From positions 124,001 to 188,000 of IMG/VR virus record IMGVR_UViG_3300020438_000007: DNA of 64,000 nt. One strand, given 5' to 3'. A program made the position numbers and the translations under genes. Position 1 is the first letter of the stretch, and each line of letters opens with the position of its first letter. Below are positions 34,301 to 41,090 of the stretch, one piece after another. The notes below the pieces were generated by a model, which searched no databases, was not told where the DNA came from, and saw only the letters and a program-made list of their open reading frames with translations.

Positions 34301-34384
34301 GAACAGTGCAGACTCTTCGTTAATGAACTCAGGAATCTGAGACTCAACTAAATGAGATATCTTTACTCTTTTAATATCTGTCAT
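25361..34384 (-). CDS. gp7: Baseplate wedge initiator gp7 (3007 aa)
   Basis: N-terminus KISHLVESQIPEFI...FL..YY.SQE, 'KDFYMSKGT..SY.ILFK.LYG' and 'GFAYDGNPIYGPYG' motifs; directly follows gp6. Confidence 0.85.
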   Translation of the reverse strand: MTDIKRVKISHLVESQIPEFINEESALFQSFLDLYYQSQEHQSGMTDLANNLAEYRKISAFNNETLIPNTALTASCFAGDDVIEVASTVGWPDTYGLLKIENEIITYKSKTATSFVECARGFSGIDQISKDDDAEFLQFNETESVAHPSGSVVLNLSNLFLQTFFSKFKTEFLPGFENRNFISGTSVTNILTRAKDFYMSKGTDASYQILFKLLYGEDIELLKPIDSTLTPSANVYFKTKHVLVENLFGGQPLESIGNFLFQDVAGIGTVSASIYNVEYRPINQTDFFELSLDSTSFDGNFQVPGKTKTLEIINAASSTIVVDSTVGFGQSGTLLVRPTKGSNFLNVSYNDKTINQFLGVSGISTDLIFGADILENKLAYAYAGFGQTSIMQFRLVNVIDNADASQSTNMQIGDSLKLLSFGTDLGQKPQFNNWIYNIPSSHNISKVSQVNVNTYRISIFDSVVFYVDEVLVIKNQNGESSLITVKDIEYDASNTSKVYANTVVVQTATAIPVNPNVITKTVTKASHNSDYFPGVDEFPVGVHNSYLDKNEEFFYITSSGLPNYPIFATDNKVFTKSSSVEVVDGFGTPLLGGGFTYTLQSYDSSFSLGANTNQLLNHNYVTGDKVYWDNSTNSGISTGIYFVTAINQTDFYLSYSGSDVFAKKYIAVRTDTSGQFIYKSGWENKTLKNQKILRKYPNYKQQTLFDDKNQRQINNRAVGLLANGVELFPPTVFDEQIFHGDITEVKVTNSGKDYDVITGPPLIINDQQGSGAFAHANVSGSFREVKLVTPGIGYQEKPKITVIGGNGTGAVLESNLVRGRIVANFKADGTSVNTFDESITFQKRHNFESGEGIIYDARGNTPIVNIVDGSTYYAGVIDEKTVKLHKTPEDAKAGINTVNIGNISFGFHSLTTVQAKNTITRIYVKNSGSGYSNKKVIVQGRPTNGDAQSGISTSDDYVLAFNHNFNNGEIVEYSSDGIIASGLSTTTQYAVKVIDNNRFRLCDVGVTTQRNLTNYNKNKPTVIRGFGSGKHTFKYPPIIVNVESLSAIGSTTAIRPEFSPLVLGEIESVYLEEGGTGYGCTNIMDFHRRPDVGISTVVYQALLKPIIIEGSIVDVQILASGKGYRKDSDIVIYSPTGDFADIRPVITGDKITGVRVLDGGIGYKSGDTTLDLQNRGKSAKFIANVREWKINQVQKNDAIISDEDSLLTKPSTNPAFQLQTIGIYPPQKLRFQLGDNIDSGNLETPNAFHSPILGFAYDGNPIYGPYGYQTPTGGAVRRLQSGYILDTTPRSGLRPPGFAFGYFTNDYLFDNSGDLDVHGGRYCVTPQYPDGSYAYFYSVDVDSSGVAKPKFPYLLGSSFKDSPIEENFTTFFNQDIDIASREITRNVAPYYLSYGNSDYELIDDVKDALKQEFEVTKTKSSGISSVTIFSRGDGYKVNDVLELDNSGTNGTGANIVIGSVLGKPVDKVEIGVTTFRGTELVKTKETITGVTTIPHEIASGETVILSGISTADFTEFNGIRKVSVITRTSGLSQFLDNVNTTGVSTAIFVTDVRGFEPGDRIGIGTENMTVTNIDSRFSRLFVNRENYVGAAMTHAVGTNNIVLKPTKFSFPVGNSTVTRFTFENSTTYFNPRETVGVGSTGTHYSIPLTGLSTAVSQTIENRFVPQQRIFIKGHTFFTGQELTYNMGIGGTSLVWAKVSAGATSGVGTEVLVNDSSVYVINFEQDYIGLSTTGIPTTGNAIWFYGVASNAGFAHSFTTNFPKVTSKVERFFGEVGVSSVHELLTGDIITLDALPQSAETVELRYDPVVAKITTAKVGFSKSDFTADLRSFNIADDDFQSGDKVVYYDNGNTIGGLVHNETYFVLREDIDNIKLCKYKSDVSESNPVAITTITTPTSTNPSFIAKVNPPLEFITGNIITFDVSDQSLLDMKLDFFGDLNFTQRLDVSGTNDDGFNIIRDGISGNVGSTVKITTNTDWPKKTFYDLTPVVPSDARKTYGSSDTDVTGRNNITFKNVVLKTDHEIIRKDDKAFTFNLKEKPTAPQRLISRVGVSTITYSTASSNARGPIKSTKINFPGKGYTILPRVIGFASTQGKDGIVKVSSPEIGQIDIIERIKDGFDYPTDPTLLPFLSVPAIVDISGIARMDEIQVVDGGTRYNQPPTLAVRGNNRVKIVATVKGGSVDKVDILENAFEFTEPLSVITTNNSNGYDIDAITHSGTSVTVELLLDPQFNLPVTTGYGSTDVKLPFNVGDKVFVENCRIKPASLANGEGNFNSDVYDFAFYTVTGINTTNSTVTFDMGNAPGISTVTLGSYDDDFTLGSIVNFNDMAKFNMTIIDDAKFLSGEKVTSNRFEGFVAEGGWQGKISQLRLRDTIGTLRSGDTLVGEVSGLKGNVRDVNRFSVRTTLGVTRDKVTKNDMNIGILNDFSQRLSDNFYFQKFSYSIKSRLPYNTWKESVRSIVHPSGFLEFSDLIIESDSKKDATTLDLVNVGIAKSNNMKVKAVDTKVDLILNIDNEIYLGKRTNFAMVTEDDQLDNGSIQRIFFPEGRPIKSFIMNKTNKVLNLDDISAGFNGTHNRSGTLVGSKQFSLSVGGEPVFKKSYNSAATANVDLALNIISIQNHNFQTGQTVILDTQGGSKIGIATTSHTTGTKDIIMAARSSGIGGSAMFENGYNVQIPGPVTGTAVTANPPGDLFRIYGFGNIDGGLPGISTRGQDARFQVKFDFNQTTGLCISTAVTLTIGGAGYFVGDNVSIAGTHLGGATPANDLTFPVTKVTGTRTGVQTSYLNVPSTNDGTGSGGVFSITRDGNLDVTNIDVINGGTGYASTNVISIAGTYVGGSTPTDNIFLSPVELGTDVMPNELFVQKVDDVKFRISGLSTSLPFQFTGLGTGTHLLKVADPNKQALIMIDNIIQTPIKNKKLGVQVSVPVGTTDQGIAIGVGIGSLSKGDIIRLDDELIKINQIGDTTFVQSRSALANSTVDTDFYYDTKRVNSTVTKCGSTFATHDDNPPY

Positions 34385-36259
34385 TTATCTTGTGTAGATT
34401 GATTCGCTAGCGTAACTAGATGTTGTGACGTAGGCAGTAGCAGATGTATTCTCACCAGAGGATACAACGTCAGGAAGTGCATTAACAGAACTGTTGGTAA
34501 CGTCTAACTGTAGATAAAGATCTTTAAGAGCGATAACATCATTAGACTGAGGAATTGCCTCAACCTGTATCTGACCATTCGCTAAAGAAGTACCTGTTAT
34601 ATTTACCACATCAAGATTGATCTCTCCGTGAACGTAATCAATTGTACCAGCATCATTTTTGACGACTAAAGGTAGGTTGTTTTCAAGTTTAAAGAAAATG
34701 ATCTTACCTACATCAGTTCCAGCGATAGGAATATCTCCCATGTAAATGGTTCCAGAGATATTACTTACGTTAAATCCTGTGGAACGTATTCCATATCCAT
34801 TACGTTGTTTAAAGAACGCATTTCCATAACAAAGTTCATAAGTTGCAAAAGTATTGATCTCAGGAGTGATGTCCCTTCTCATTTTTACCTTTGTAATGTT
34901 AGAAGTAACACCCCTTGCAGAGTTATCAACCAATCCAACAATTTTAGAGTACTTAAATCTTCCACCAAAAGCATTGATATCAGATGATCGTGAATATGAT
35001 GTCAAAGCCTTTGTTACAGATGTAACTAATTCAGTGGCATCTGAAAGTGCGTTACTATTGTAGTAGACAGAAGTGTCAACTTCAACGTAAAGATATTTGA
35101 GGTCAATAATTTCTGGTTTGATACCAGCAATAGAATATTGTTTAAGTTGTCTGGAGATATCGTCCTTTGTAATCTGTGAAAGGAAAGAACCATTCTTTGG
35201 TTTGATGGAAATGAACACTTTTCCATACTCAGGTGGATCAAGTTCCTCTCCACCGTAGGAGGTCACAGATTCAACGTTAGGATACACGAATGGAATTATA
35301 CCTGTGTAGTCATTTGCCGTCACTGCACGGTATTGTGAGGAGTATATACGAGGTGCTAGGTATTTGATAGAACTAATGTCTTCAATATTGTCTCCATCAG
35401 CTGCTGCCTGTGAAGTTCTGACAACTGAGATGCCTGATGTTACCGATTGCCCTTGATCATCCTCCAAAACTCCGACAAATGAGAATTTTCTAGCTTCGTT
35501 TCCGTTCTTTCCATTTGTGACAATGTAATTTACGGTAACTGTAGCTCCAGCTGGCGGTCTTTTTCCTAAAATACCGTCTCCAAAGAGAAGTTCATACTGT
35601 TCATCTTCAATTTCTTGAATTAGGAAGAGTTTTGACGTAGCATCGACTCTTAAAATGTTATCATAGAGTGTATAAATCTCTTTTGTCGTAGATTCGACAA
35701 TAACACGAATAGAAGTTGAGTCAATATTTGCGTTTGGAAGAATAAAACGTTGATTTGGTTGAGAATAATCAACTTGGAAAGTTTTTTGAAGGTAAATTCC
35801 TTCGTAAATGTTTAAATTATTAAATCTAGCTACATTAGTTTCGTCTGTTGTTGCAACAAAGTCGTCTGGAATCGAAAAAATGTAAGATCCACCTTGTTGA
35901 GCACCTAAGGCAACCTGTCCAGCCTTCAAAGTTACGATTCTAGTTTCATTGTCACCCATGTTTACTGAGAAATTGATGACTGCCCTAGCAGATCTAGTCG
36001 ATCTAGGTACATATCCAATGTTTCTAGCAAGTGAAACAACGTTTTCTCTTAGAGTTGCACTGTCAAGGAAGCACTCATTGACTGCCATGTTAGTATTGTA
36101 GGCAGTAATGTAACTATTGTACGCTAAAAGATCAATTAGAATCGAAAAGTTAGATCCCTCAAAGTCAAAATCTGAGAAATCACTATTAGTTCTAAGGTAA
36201 TCTTTGATTTGAGCTCGAAGATCAGCGAAGTCTAGGTTTGTGAATTGATTGAAGGACAT
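34385..36259 (-). CDS. gp6: Baseplate wedge subunit gp6 (624 aa)
   Basis: LDF..L...IKDYLR...DFDFEGSN.S.LIDLLAYN; 'RAVTANDY' motif; follows gp25. Confidence 0.92.
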   Translation of the reverse strand: MSFNQFTNLDFADLRAQIKDYLRTNSDFSDFDFEGSNFSILIDLLAYNSYITAYNTNMAVNECFLDSATLRENVVSLARNIGYVPRSTRSARAVINFSVNMGDNETRIVTLKAGQVALGAQQGGSYIFSIPDDFVATTDETNVARFNNLNIYEGIYLQKTFQVDYSQPNQRFILPNANIDSTSIRVIVESTTKEIYTLYDNILRVDATSKLFLIQEIEDEQYELLFGDGILGKRPPAGATVTVNYIVTNGKNGNEARKFSFVGVLEDDQGQSVTSGISVVRTSQAAADGDNIEDISSIKYLAPRIYSSQYRAVTANDYTGIIPFVYPNVESVTSYGGEELDPPEYGKVFISIKPKNGSFLSQITKDDISRQLKQYSIAGIKPEIIDLKYLYVEVDTSVYYNSNALSDATELVTSVTKALTSYSRSSDINAFGGRFKYSKIVGLVDNSARGVTSNITKVKMRRDITPEINTFATYELCYGNAFFKQRNGYGIRSTGFNVSNISGTIYMGDIPIAGTDVGKIIFFKLENNLPLVVKNDAGTIDYVHGEINLDVVNITGTSLANGQIQVEAIPQSNDVIALKDLYLQLDVTNSSVNALPDVVSSGENTSATAYVTTSSYASESIYTR

Positions 36260-36675
36260 TATATTCTAGTTGATTGAAGGATAAAGTCTACATTTTGTCT
36301 TGGAATAGTTAATCCAACGATATCGTAAGCAATAGTTATGTTTAAATTATTGGTATCAATAGGAACAGATATCTGACACTTAATATTATTGATTCTAGGT
36401 TCAAAGTTTTCTAGCAGAAGGTACAAATCATCCTCTAAACTGTAGGCCATAGCCTCATCAGCATTCTCAAATAGAGAATTTTCAATCTCACTTCCTAAAC
36501 GTGGAGCATAAAACCTCTCTCCAAGCTTAGTTCTTACCAAATTCTCAACAGATCGCTTGATTGCATCCTCATTTGTCAAAGATCCAATGTCATCTGTGAC
36601 AGGATGCTTTGCAAAACTAAGACTAATATCCCGAAAATACCTTTTCTGGACTAACGCTCTATCGATTTTGGACAT
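36259..36675 (-). CDS. gp25: Baseplate wedge subunit gp25 (138 aa)
   Basis: RDISLSF.KHPVT.D...NEDAIKRSV.NLV.T..GER..P..GS...FEPRI signature. Confidence 0.92.
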   Translation of the reverse strand: MSKIDRALVQKRYFRDISLSFAKHPVTDDIGSLTNEDAIKRSVENLVRTKLGERFYAPRLGSEIENSLFENADEAMAYSLEDDLYLLLENFEPRINNIKCQISVPIDTNNLNITIAYDIVGLTIPRQNVDFILQSTRI

Positions 36676-36812
36676 TATTCACTCAGATTTTGTTTTCTTT
36701 TCTTATCATTAGTGTCATCGCCAACAACTTCACGCAACATATCGTCTGATTCTTCTGGTTTTTCGATAAAACCATCGTCAGGAATGGTGAATTGGGTGTT
36801 TTTTAACTTCAT
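36675..36812 (-). CDS. Small acidic hypothetical protein (45 aa; not in track)
   Basis: Hand translation MKLKNTQFTIPDDGFIEKPEESDD...; TAATG coupling to gp25; late promoter upstream. Confidence 0.55.
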   Translation of the reverse strand: MKLKNTQFTIPDDGFIEKPEESDDMLREVVGDDTNDKKRKQNLSE

Positions 36813-36837
36813 CTTGGACAAAATTATTATCATTATG

Positions 36838-36843
36838 TATTTA
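36838..36843 (-). promoter_or_regulatory. Late promoter heading the gp25-gp6-gp7 operon
   Basis: CTAAATA immediately downstream of a terminator. Confidence 0.65.
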
Positions 36844-36848
36844 GACAC

Positions 36849-36874
36849 AAAAAAAGACCCTTTTTAGGGTCTTT
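36849..36874 (-). terminator. Intrinsic terminator
   Basis: Minus strand AAAGACCCT-AAAA-AGGGTCTTT with a T-run. Confidence 0.8.
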
Positions 36875-36894
36875 GAAAGAATTATAAGTTAATA

Positions 36895-37047
36895 TCAACC
36901 AGCAGATAGTGGAGACTGTGATGAATTGGTGTTTGCGGCAGCCTTTTTGCGAGCTTGAGCGCTAACATCGTACTGACCTTTGACACTGCCGTCCTTAAAA
37001 CCAGCGCTTTCTACATTCCTTGGTGACTTTGTAGGATCTGAATCCAT
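36895..37047 (-). CDS. Hypothetical protein (50 aa; not in track)
   Basis: MDSDPTKSPRNVESAGFKDG...; late promoter GATAAATA at 37070-37075 and purine-rich RBS upstream. Confidence 0.55.
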   Translation of the reverse strand: MDSDPTKSPRNVESAGFKDGSVKGQYDVSAQARKKAAANTNSSQSPLSAG

Positions 37048-37068
37048 AACTACTTTCCTTTTTTTCTT

Positions 37069-37233
37069 TTATTTATCAATTTGAGCCCGTAATCGGTCTG
37101 GAGAAATACCTTCTGAGAGGTAAAACTCCAGTCTGGATTGTGCTTCGTCCTTAGTAAGACCTGTATCTTGCTTAGGATTGTTTACACACCATCCAGAAGT
37201 ACCCAATTCGACTACTTTGTACTTAGTATCCAT
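37069..37233 (-). CDS. Hypothetical protein (54 aa; not in track)
   Basis: MDTKYKVVELGTSGW...LTKDEAQSRLEFYLSEGISPDRLR; TAATG-coupled to 37233..37991. Confidence 0.65.
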   Translation of the reverse strand: MDTKYKVVELGTSGWCVNNPKQDTGLTKDEAQSRLEFYLSEGISPDRLRAQIDK

Positions 37234-37991
37234 TAGAGAATCCTTGTTTTTTCGTGTCCAACGCGAATCTTAGGATCAATCCAAATCTCCATACCAGCTT
37301 CTTTTGCATCTAAGCAGAAAGAAACGTCCTCTCCACACATATCTTGGACTTCTCCTGAGTCAAAGACTTGCATTTTAGGTGCAAACCAAGGATACTTCAT
37401 CTCTGTATGTTCAAATACACCGTTCTCGATGAGCAACCAACCAAATCCAGTGTAGTCAACTGTGAAAGGCTTGCGACGACGAGAGATAGATTCAATGGTT
37501 TCGTGATTCATAACCCCACCATTCTTGGCAAAGTCCTCTTCTTCCAACCAATGTGCCACTGAAGTGGTCTTTCCATCCTCTGTGCAATACCAACCACCTG
37601 CAATCTGTTTCTGCATCCAAACCAAACGGTAGAACTTCTCTGTATCAAAGACGATATCAGAGTCAATCCAGAGTTGCCAGTCGTACTTGAGTTTACCATC
37701 CCAAGGAACTTGATCAGGTCCACGCAATACGTTTGCACCTAGGCACTTGCAACGTGCAAAGTTGACCATAGATGAGTAGTCTTGACTGATCTGAATAGAA
37801 GAACCATTCTGAACTAGATCAAAACAAAGTTGAACGAAATTCTTGAGGAAGATATATGACACGCCTCTGCCTGGTAGACAGAATACGATCGCTTTTCCTT
37901 TTGCTAATGCCTTCGCTTCCTCAAGATTAAAATCATCCTCGACTTTCTTAGTCTTGGGAGCGTTTGCTTTTACTGTAAATCCTTTAGCCAT
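37233..37991 (-). CDS. Putative GT-A fold glycosyltransferase-like protein (252 aa)
   Basis: DxD motif in WIDSDIVF; 'GFGWLLI..GVFE' and 'GEDVSFC.DA...G.EIWIDP.I.VGH' GT2-like motifs. Confidence 0.7.
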   Translation of the reverse strand: MAKGFTVKANAPKTKKVEDDFNLEEAKALAKGKAIVFCLPGRGVSYIFLKNFVQLCFDLVQNGSSIQISQDYSSMVNFARCKCLGANVLRGPDQVPWDGKLKYDWQLWIDSDIVFDTEKFYRLVWMQKQIAGGWYCTEDGKTTSVAHWLEEEDFAKNGGVMNHETIESISRRRKPFTVDYTGFGWLLIENGVFEHTEMKYPWFAPKMQVFDSGEVQDMCGEDVSFCLDAKEAGMEIWIDPKIRVGHEKTRIL

Positions 37992-38013
37992 AACTTATTG
38001 TCAGTACATAGTA

Positions 38014-38042
38014 AGTATACCACGGTCAAATCAATTTGTCCA
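38014..38042 (-). promoter_or_regulatory. Sigma70-like promoter
   Basis: TGGACA-17-TATACT with extended TG. Confidence 0.55.
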
Positions 38043-38068
38043 TAGTGTTATATTATATAGTCACGAAA

Positions 38069-38719
38069 TCAAAGGAACTCCTGACTATTACAGGGACCTA
38101 GAGGCATATGTTGATCATAGGCTTCTCCGTAAACCATGCTGTTGATTGTGATGTCGCCAGCAACGGATATTCTCTTTTCATCTGTTAACCAATGGGGGTA
38201 AACCGCATGATAACAGTCACTTGGAAAGAGTAATAGATGTCCCTCATTGTATTGTTTTTCTAATTTCCAGTTGACCTTACGAGTCCTACCTACAATATCA
38301 CTATAGGTAAGTATAAAGTCCCCTGCCTCTGGGTGCATAGTATGTGGAACATGTTGTTCCTCTTGTGAATGATAAGGTATATTCAACCATGCCACAAAAG
38401 AAAACACTGAGTCATGATTATGTAATGCTTGATATTGTCCCCTACCAGTTTTATTCACCCAGAACTTCTGAAAGGTAAGTTCATGTATATGAGTTGTTTT
38501 GAGTTTCTCAGGAAACCCCCACTCTTCAATATACTCGTTTACTGCTTCGTTTAAAACTTCTTTCTGAAAGCGATTACCATCATCTATAAGCATCCACTGT
38601 TGATGTGATTGCTTTGGTTCATACTTCTCTATTAAAGAGTAGAGAAAATCTGTATGACTCTTTTCCAGTGTAACATCCAGAAACCCATAGTTGGGCGGAT
38701 TAATCTTTTTGCTCTTCAT
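38069..38719 (-). CDS. Putative 2OG-Fe(II) oxygenase (HxH type, 216 aa)
   Basis: HNH...FSFVAWL...LLLFPS..YH.VYP...RISVAG pattern. Confidence 0.75.
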   Translation of the reverse strand: MKSKKINPPNYGFLDVTLEKSHTDFLYSLIEKYEPKQSHQQWMLIDDGNRFQKEVLNEAVNEYIEEWGFPEKLKTTHIHELTFQKFWVNKTGRGQYQALHNHDSVFSFVAWLNIPYHSQEEQHVPHTMHPEAGDFILTYSDIVGRTRKVNWKLEKQYNEGHLLLFPSDCYHAVYPHWLTDEKRISVAGDITINSMVYGEAYDQHMPLGPCNSQEFL

Positions 38720-38870
38720 TCTTAATCACTCGTATCTCTTCATGACGCAGAGAATCATCAGGATAGTGTTTAAAATATTCTGTTAAGTAATCCAGTTTAT
38801 GTTTAATATCGCCTTCGGGAATATCTCTCATAATTTGAGACTCCCCAATATACACATTATAAGTATTCAT
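38700..38870 (-). CDS. Hypothetical protein (~56 aa)
   Basis: Track ORF 38700..38885; start trimmed to MNTYNV. Confidence 0.5.
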   Translation of the reverse strand: MNTYNVYIGESQIMRDIPEGDIKHKLDYLTEYFKHYPDDSLRHEEIRVIKNEEQKD

Positions 38871-39006
38871 CTTCCCATTCAGCAAGCATATCCTCTAAGT
38901 CTTTGCGAATGTCTGGATGATACAATAAATGTGTGTCGTTCTCTAAGCGGAACTGAACCGATTCGTAGATGTACTCTAGTGCCTTGGCATCCAATTCGAC
39001 ATTCAT
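38857..39006 (-). CDS. Hypothetical protein (49 aa; not in track)
   Basis: MNVELDAKALEYIYESVQFRLEND...; fills the gap in a co-oriented run. Confidence 0.55.
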   Translation of the reverse strand: MNVELDAKALEYIYESVQFRLENDTHLLYHPDIRKDLEDMLAEWEDEYL

Positions 39007-39039
39007 TTCGTAAGTTTGTTTCATTAAGTTATCTATACA

Positions 39040-39522
39040 TTATAATTTTTCACGATACCTTCTACGACCAGTGACTACTTTCTCCATTTGGTTATCACTA
39101 TAGCGAGTCGTATAATATCCCTTACTATCTAAGAGTTTCGCAGAGTCGTCCAACGCGGTAATTTTTTGAACCATAACGATTGTAAATAACTGATCAATCT
39201 TAGTGACTAACCATAAGTCTTTCCTCTTACAGTTTAAGAAAGTATTCAGAGCATCAACGCCGCCGCCTATAGACTCTGTAGTAATATGATTCGCGTTACT
39301 ATGTGCTGCAACAATTACTACATCATGAGTGCCATCGAACTTATCACATTCATCTGACACTACTTCCCAGAAGTCATATGCAGAGAAATAGTCATATACC
39401 TTTCTAAGTCTGAGATTAGCCTTCTTTGCATATGGACATCTACTCATGCCATTAGAAGTGGGTTCCTGTAGATGAGCAATCCAATCATCGGTAAAGTCCT
39501 CCAAGTTATCAAGAGGGTGCAT
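39040..39522 (-). CDS. Hypothetical protein with CPYA motif (160 aa)
   Basis: ORF track; 'W..L..P.....CPYAK' resembles DUF1415-like proteins (tentative). Confidence 0.6.
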   Translation of the reverse strand: MHPLDNLEDFTDDWIAHLQEPTSNGMSRCPYAKKANLRLRKVYDYFSAYDFWEVVSDECDKFDGTHDVVIVAAHSNANHITTESIGGGVDALNTFLNCKRKDLWLVTKIDQLFTIVMVQKITALDDSAKLLDSKGYYTTRYSDNQMEKVVTGRRRYREKL

Positions 39523-39695
39523 TAGAAAGAACTCTCCTCTAAACTAGTATCTCCCATAATGAGAGAGTACGACAAACTATCTGTATGATAAGACTTATAG
39601 ATCCTGCCCCAGATAATATCAAACTCCTCCTCATCTAGATCCTTAAACAAACACTTGTCATCATAGTATATGTGATACGTCTTTAATTGTTTCAA
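39522..39695 (-). CDS. Hypothetical protein (57 aa, TTG start; not in track)
   Basis: KQLKTYHIYYDDKCLFKDLDEEEFDIIWG...; TTGA and TAATG overlaps with both neighbours. Confidence 0.55.
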   Translation of the reverse strand: MKQLKTYHIYYDDKCLFKDLDEEEFDIIWGRIYKSYHTDSLSYSLIMGDTSLEESSF

Positions 39696-39835
39696 TTTCT
39701 TTTTACCAAGGTAAACGATCCATCGTCATTCGGAATCCATTCTAGCGTATCTCCTTCCTTCCAACCAGCCTCTTTGAGAAGTTCATCGGGGAGATTTAGA
39801 ATACCATCCTCATCAACTGTTAGATTATACTTCAT
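39692..39835 (-). CDS. AbrB/MazE/SpoVT-like small DNA-binding protein (47 aa; not in track)
   Basis: MKYNLTVDEDGILNLPDELLKEAGWKEGDTLEWIPNDDGSFTLVKRN has the 'I.LP.EL....G...GD.LE....DG...L' swapped-hairpin pattern. Confidence 0.7.
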   Translation of the reverse strand: MKYNLTVDEDGILNLPDELLKEAGWKEGDTLEWIPNDDGSFTLVKRN

Positions 39836-39837
39836 AT

Positions 39838-40122
39838 TCAATCAAAGGAGATTCCTTCCTCATCAGGGAGATTATGTAGTCTAGTCTCAACCCAGTGCTC
39901 CTTGTTATCAATCCTAGCTGCCTCAACATACCTCATGATATGTACATCCACTTGCTTATAGACATCATGCAAGTCAATATCCATCCGAATGTCATGTGCA
40001 ATCTCTGCTACCTGCTTCTCTGTCAAACAATGATCTGGATGAAGAAGATCACAACAGGGGATACGCTTCTCAATTAACTGATTAATGTTAATGCGAATTT
40101 CGTAATCGTTGTATACGGCCAT
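39838..40122 (-). CDS. Hypothetical protein (94 aa)
   Basis: ORF track; strong promoter upstream. Confidence 0.7.
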   Translation of the reverse strand: MAVYNDYEIRININQLIEKRIPCCDLLHPDHCLTEKQVAEIAHDIRMDIDLHDVYKQVDVHIMRYVEAARIDNKEHWVETRLHNLPDEEGISFD

Positions 40123-40144
40123 AGTATATGTGTTGTACTCCTAT

Positions 40145-40173
40145 AGTATAACATGACCTATGCCAGTAGTCAA
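40145..40173 (-). promoter_or_regulatory. Sigma70-like promoter
   Basis: TTGACT-17-TATACT. Confidence 0.75.
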
Positions 40174-40333
40174 CCTATGAGGGCATTTTTATATACTGGA
40201 ATTTTTTTAAATACGAATAATATATAGCTCTCGATTCTGGCTCGTTGTAGGTTAGGGACTTATCGGTTTTTATAACCCGCTAATAATATAAAGAAAACCC
40301 TGGCATATCCGCCAGCAGCAGGGGGTCTCCCCC

Positions 40334-40543
40334 TTAGACTGCCTTTGCTGCTTTGTTACCTGTGCCGATGCTCGCAGCGTGTGTTGCCATTCCAGCGTGC
40401 ATGAAACTGCCTTTGGGTGCTGCATTGCTCCAAGCACGCCTAGCGGCAGTGGCACCAGCGTTAGAGCGCTTGAGCACTGTATAGGTGATTACTCTGCCAG
40501 TGCTGGTCTTTAAGCGTGTCTGCTGTTTGATGTTGTTTGCCAT
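40334..40543 (-). CDS. Small basic Ala/Lys/Arg-rich protein (69 aa)
   Basis: Track ORF 40334..40591, restarted at MANNIKQ after the AC-rich leader. Confidence 0.6.
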   Translation of the reverse strand: MANNIKQQTRLKTSTGRVITYTVLKRSNAGATAARRAWSNAAPKGSFMHAGMATHAASIGTGNKAAKAV

Positions 40544-40603
40544 GTGTGCTTGTTTGTTGTTGGTCCTATTGTACATTAAAAAAGGGAGCATATCTGCCCC
40601 CTG

Positions 40604-40627
40604 TGTGCCAGTGTCTTAAGCGACTGC
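40604..40627 (-). promoter_or_regulatory. Palindromic promoter element copy 1
   Basis: TGTGCCAGT-gtctta-AGCGACTGC (+ strand); TACAAT -10 at 40568-40573 with the array's geometry; distal half degenerate. Confidence 0.65.
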
Positions 40628-40957
40628 CAGTGATACTCCGTTAACGAAATCGGATGTAGCACCAGCACTAGTCACGAACCAGGACCAGTTCTTTTGAAAG
40701 ACGCCATTCTGTCTGCCATCTGTGAACTCATTGATCAGAGCGTTTAAGCGTGATTTGGTTGTATTAGACTGCCAACCGCCATCGAAGAGGACCAGAGCAT
40801 CGTTAGTGATAGTGGCGATATGATTGCCATGTAGTTTAACTACTGCCTCCATTTGATTTGTATCAGAGTTGAAAGCATTCTCTACAGTAGTATTAGAAGA
40901 GCGGAAGTCCTGGCGTGAACGGATTGCGGTGTTCATTTGAGTTTCGATCTTACGCAT
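40616..40957 (-). CDS. Hypothetical protein (113 aa)
   Basis: MRKIE..M..AI...LHGNHIA...DGGWQSNTTKSRLNAL; preceded by a full element and leader. Confidence 0.75.
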   Translation of the reverse strand: MRKIETQMNTAIRSRQDFRSSNTTVENAFNSDTNQMEAVVKLHGNHIATITNDALVLFDGGWQSNTTKSRLNALINEFTDGRQNGVFQKNWSWFVTSAGATSDFVNGVSLAVA

Positions 40958-41020
40958 GATTGTTTGTTTGTTTGTTATGTACTTATTATAATAGCATGGC
41001 GGGTCGCTGTCAGCCAGCTC

Positions 41021-41044
41021 TGTGCCAGTTCTTCTAGTGGCACA
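41021..41044 (-). promoter_or_regulatory. Palindromic promoter element copy 2
   Basis: TGTGCCAGT-tcttct-AGTGGCACA; 7-bp gap, CTGACA-17-TATAAT, TAAC(AAAC)3 leader. Confidence 0.85.
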
Positions 41045-41062
41045 CTGAGCGCTTCTGCTTGG

Positions 41063-41090
41063 TTGACATTCTCTGGCAGTGCCCTATAAT
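41063..41090 (+). promoter_or_regulatory. Plus-strand sigma70-like promoter in non-coding DNA
   Basis: TTGACA-16-TATAAT. Confidence 0.6.

Noticed and set aside
177-36259. Numerous short plus-strand and alternate-frame ORFs in the track (e.g. 177..365, 2431..2703, 9526..9795, 28112..28660)
   Set aside because: All are antisense or out-of-frame shadows of long structural genes, without RBS or recognisable motifs.
41021-41090. Element 2 acting bidirectionally on the plus-strand promoter
   Set aside because: Gap to the plus-strand -35 is 18 bp rather than the conserved 7 bp.
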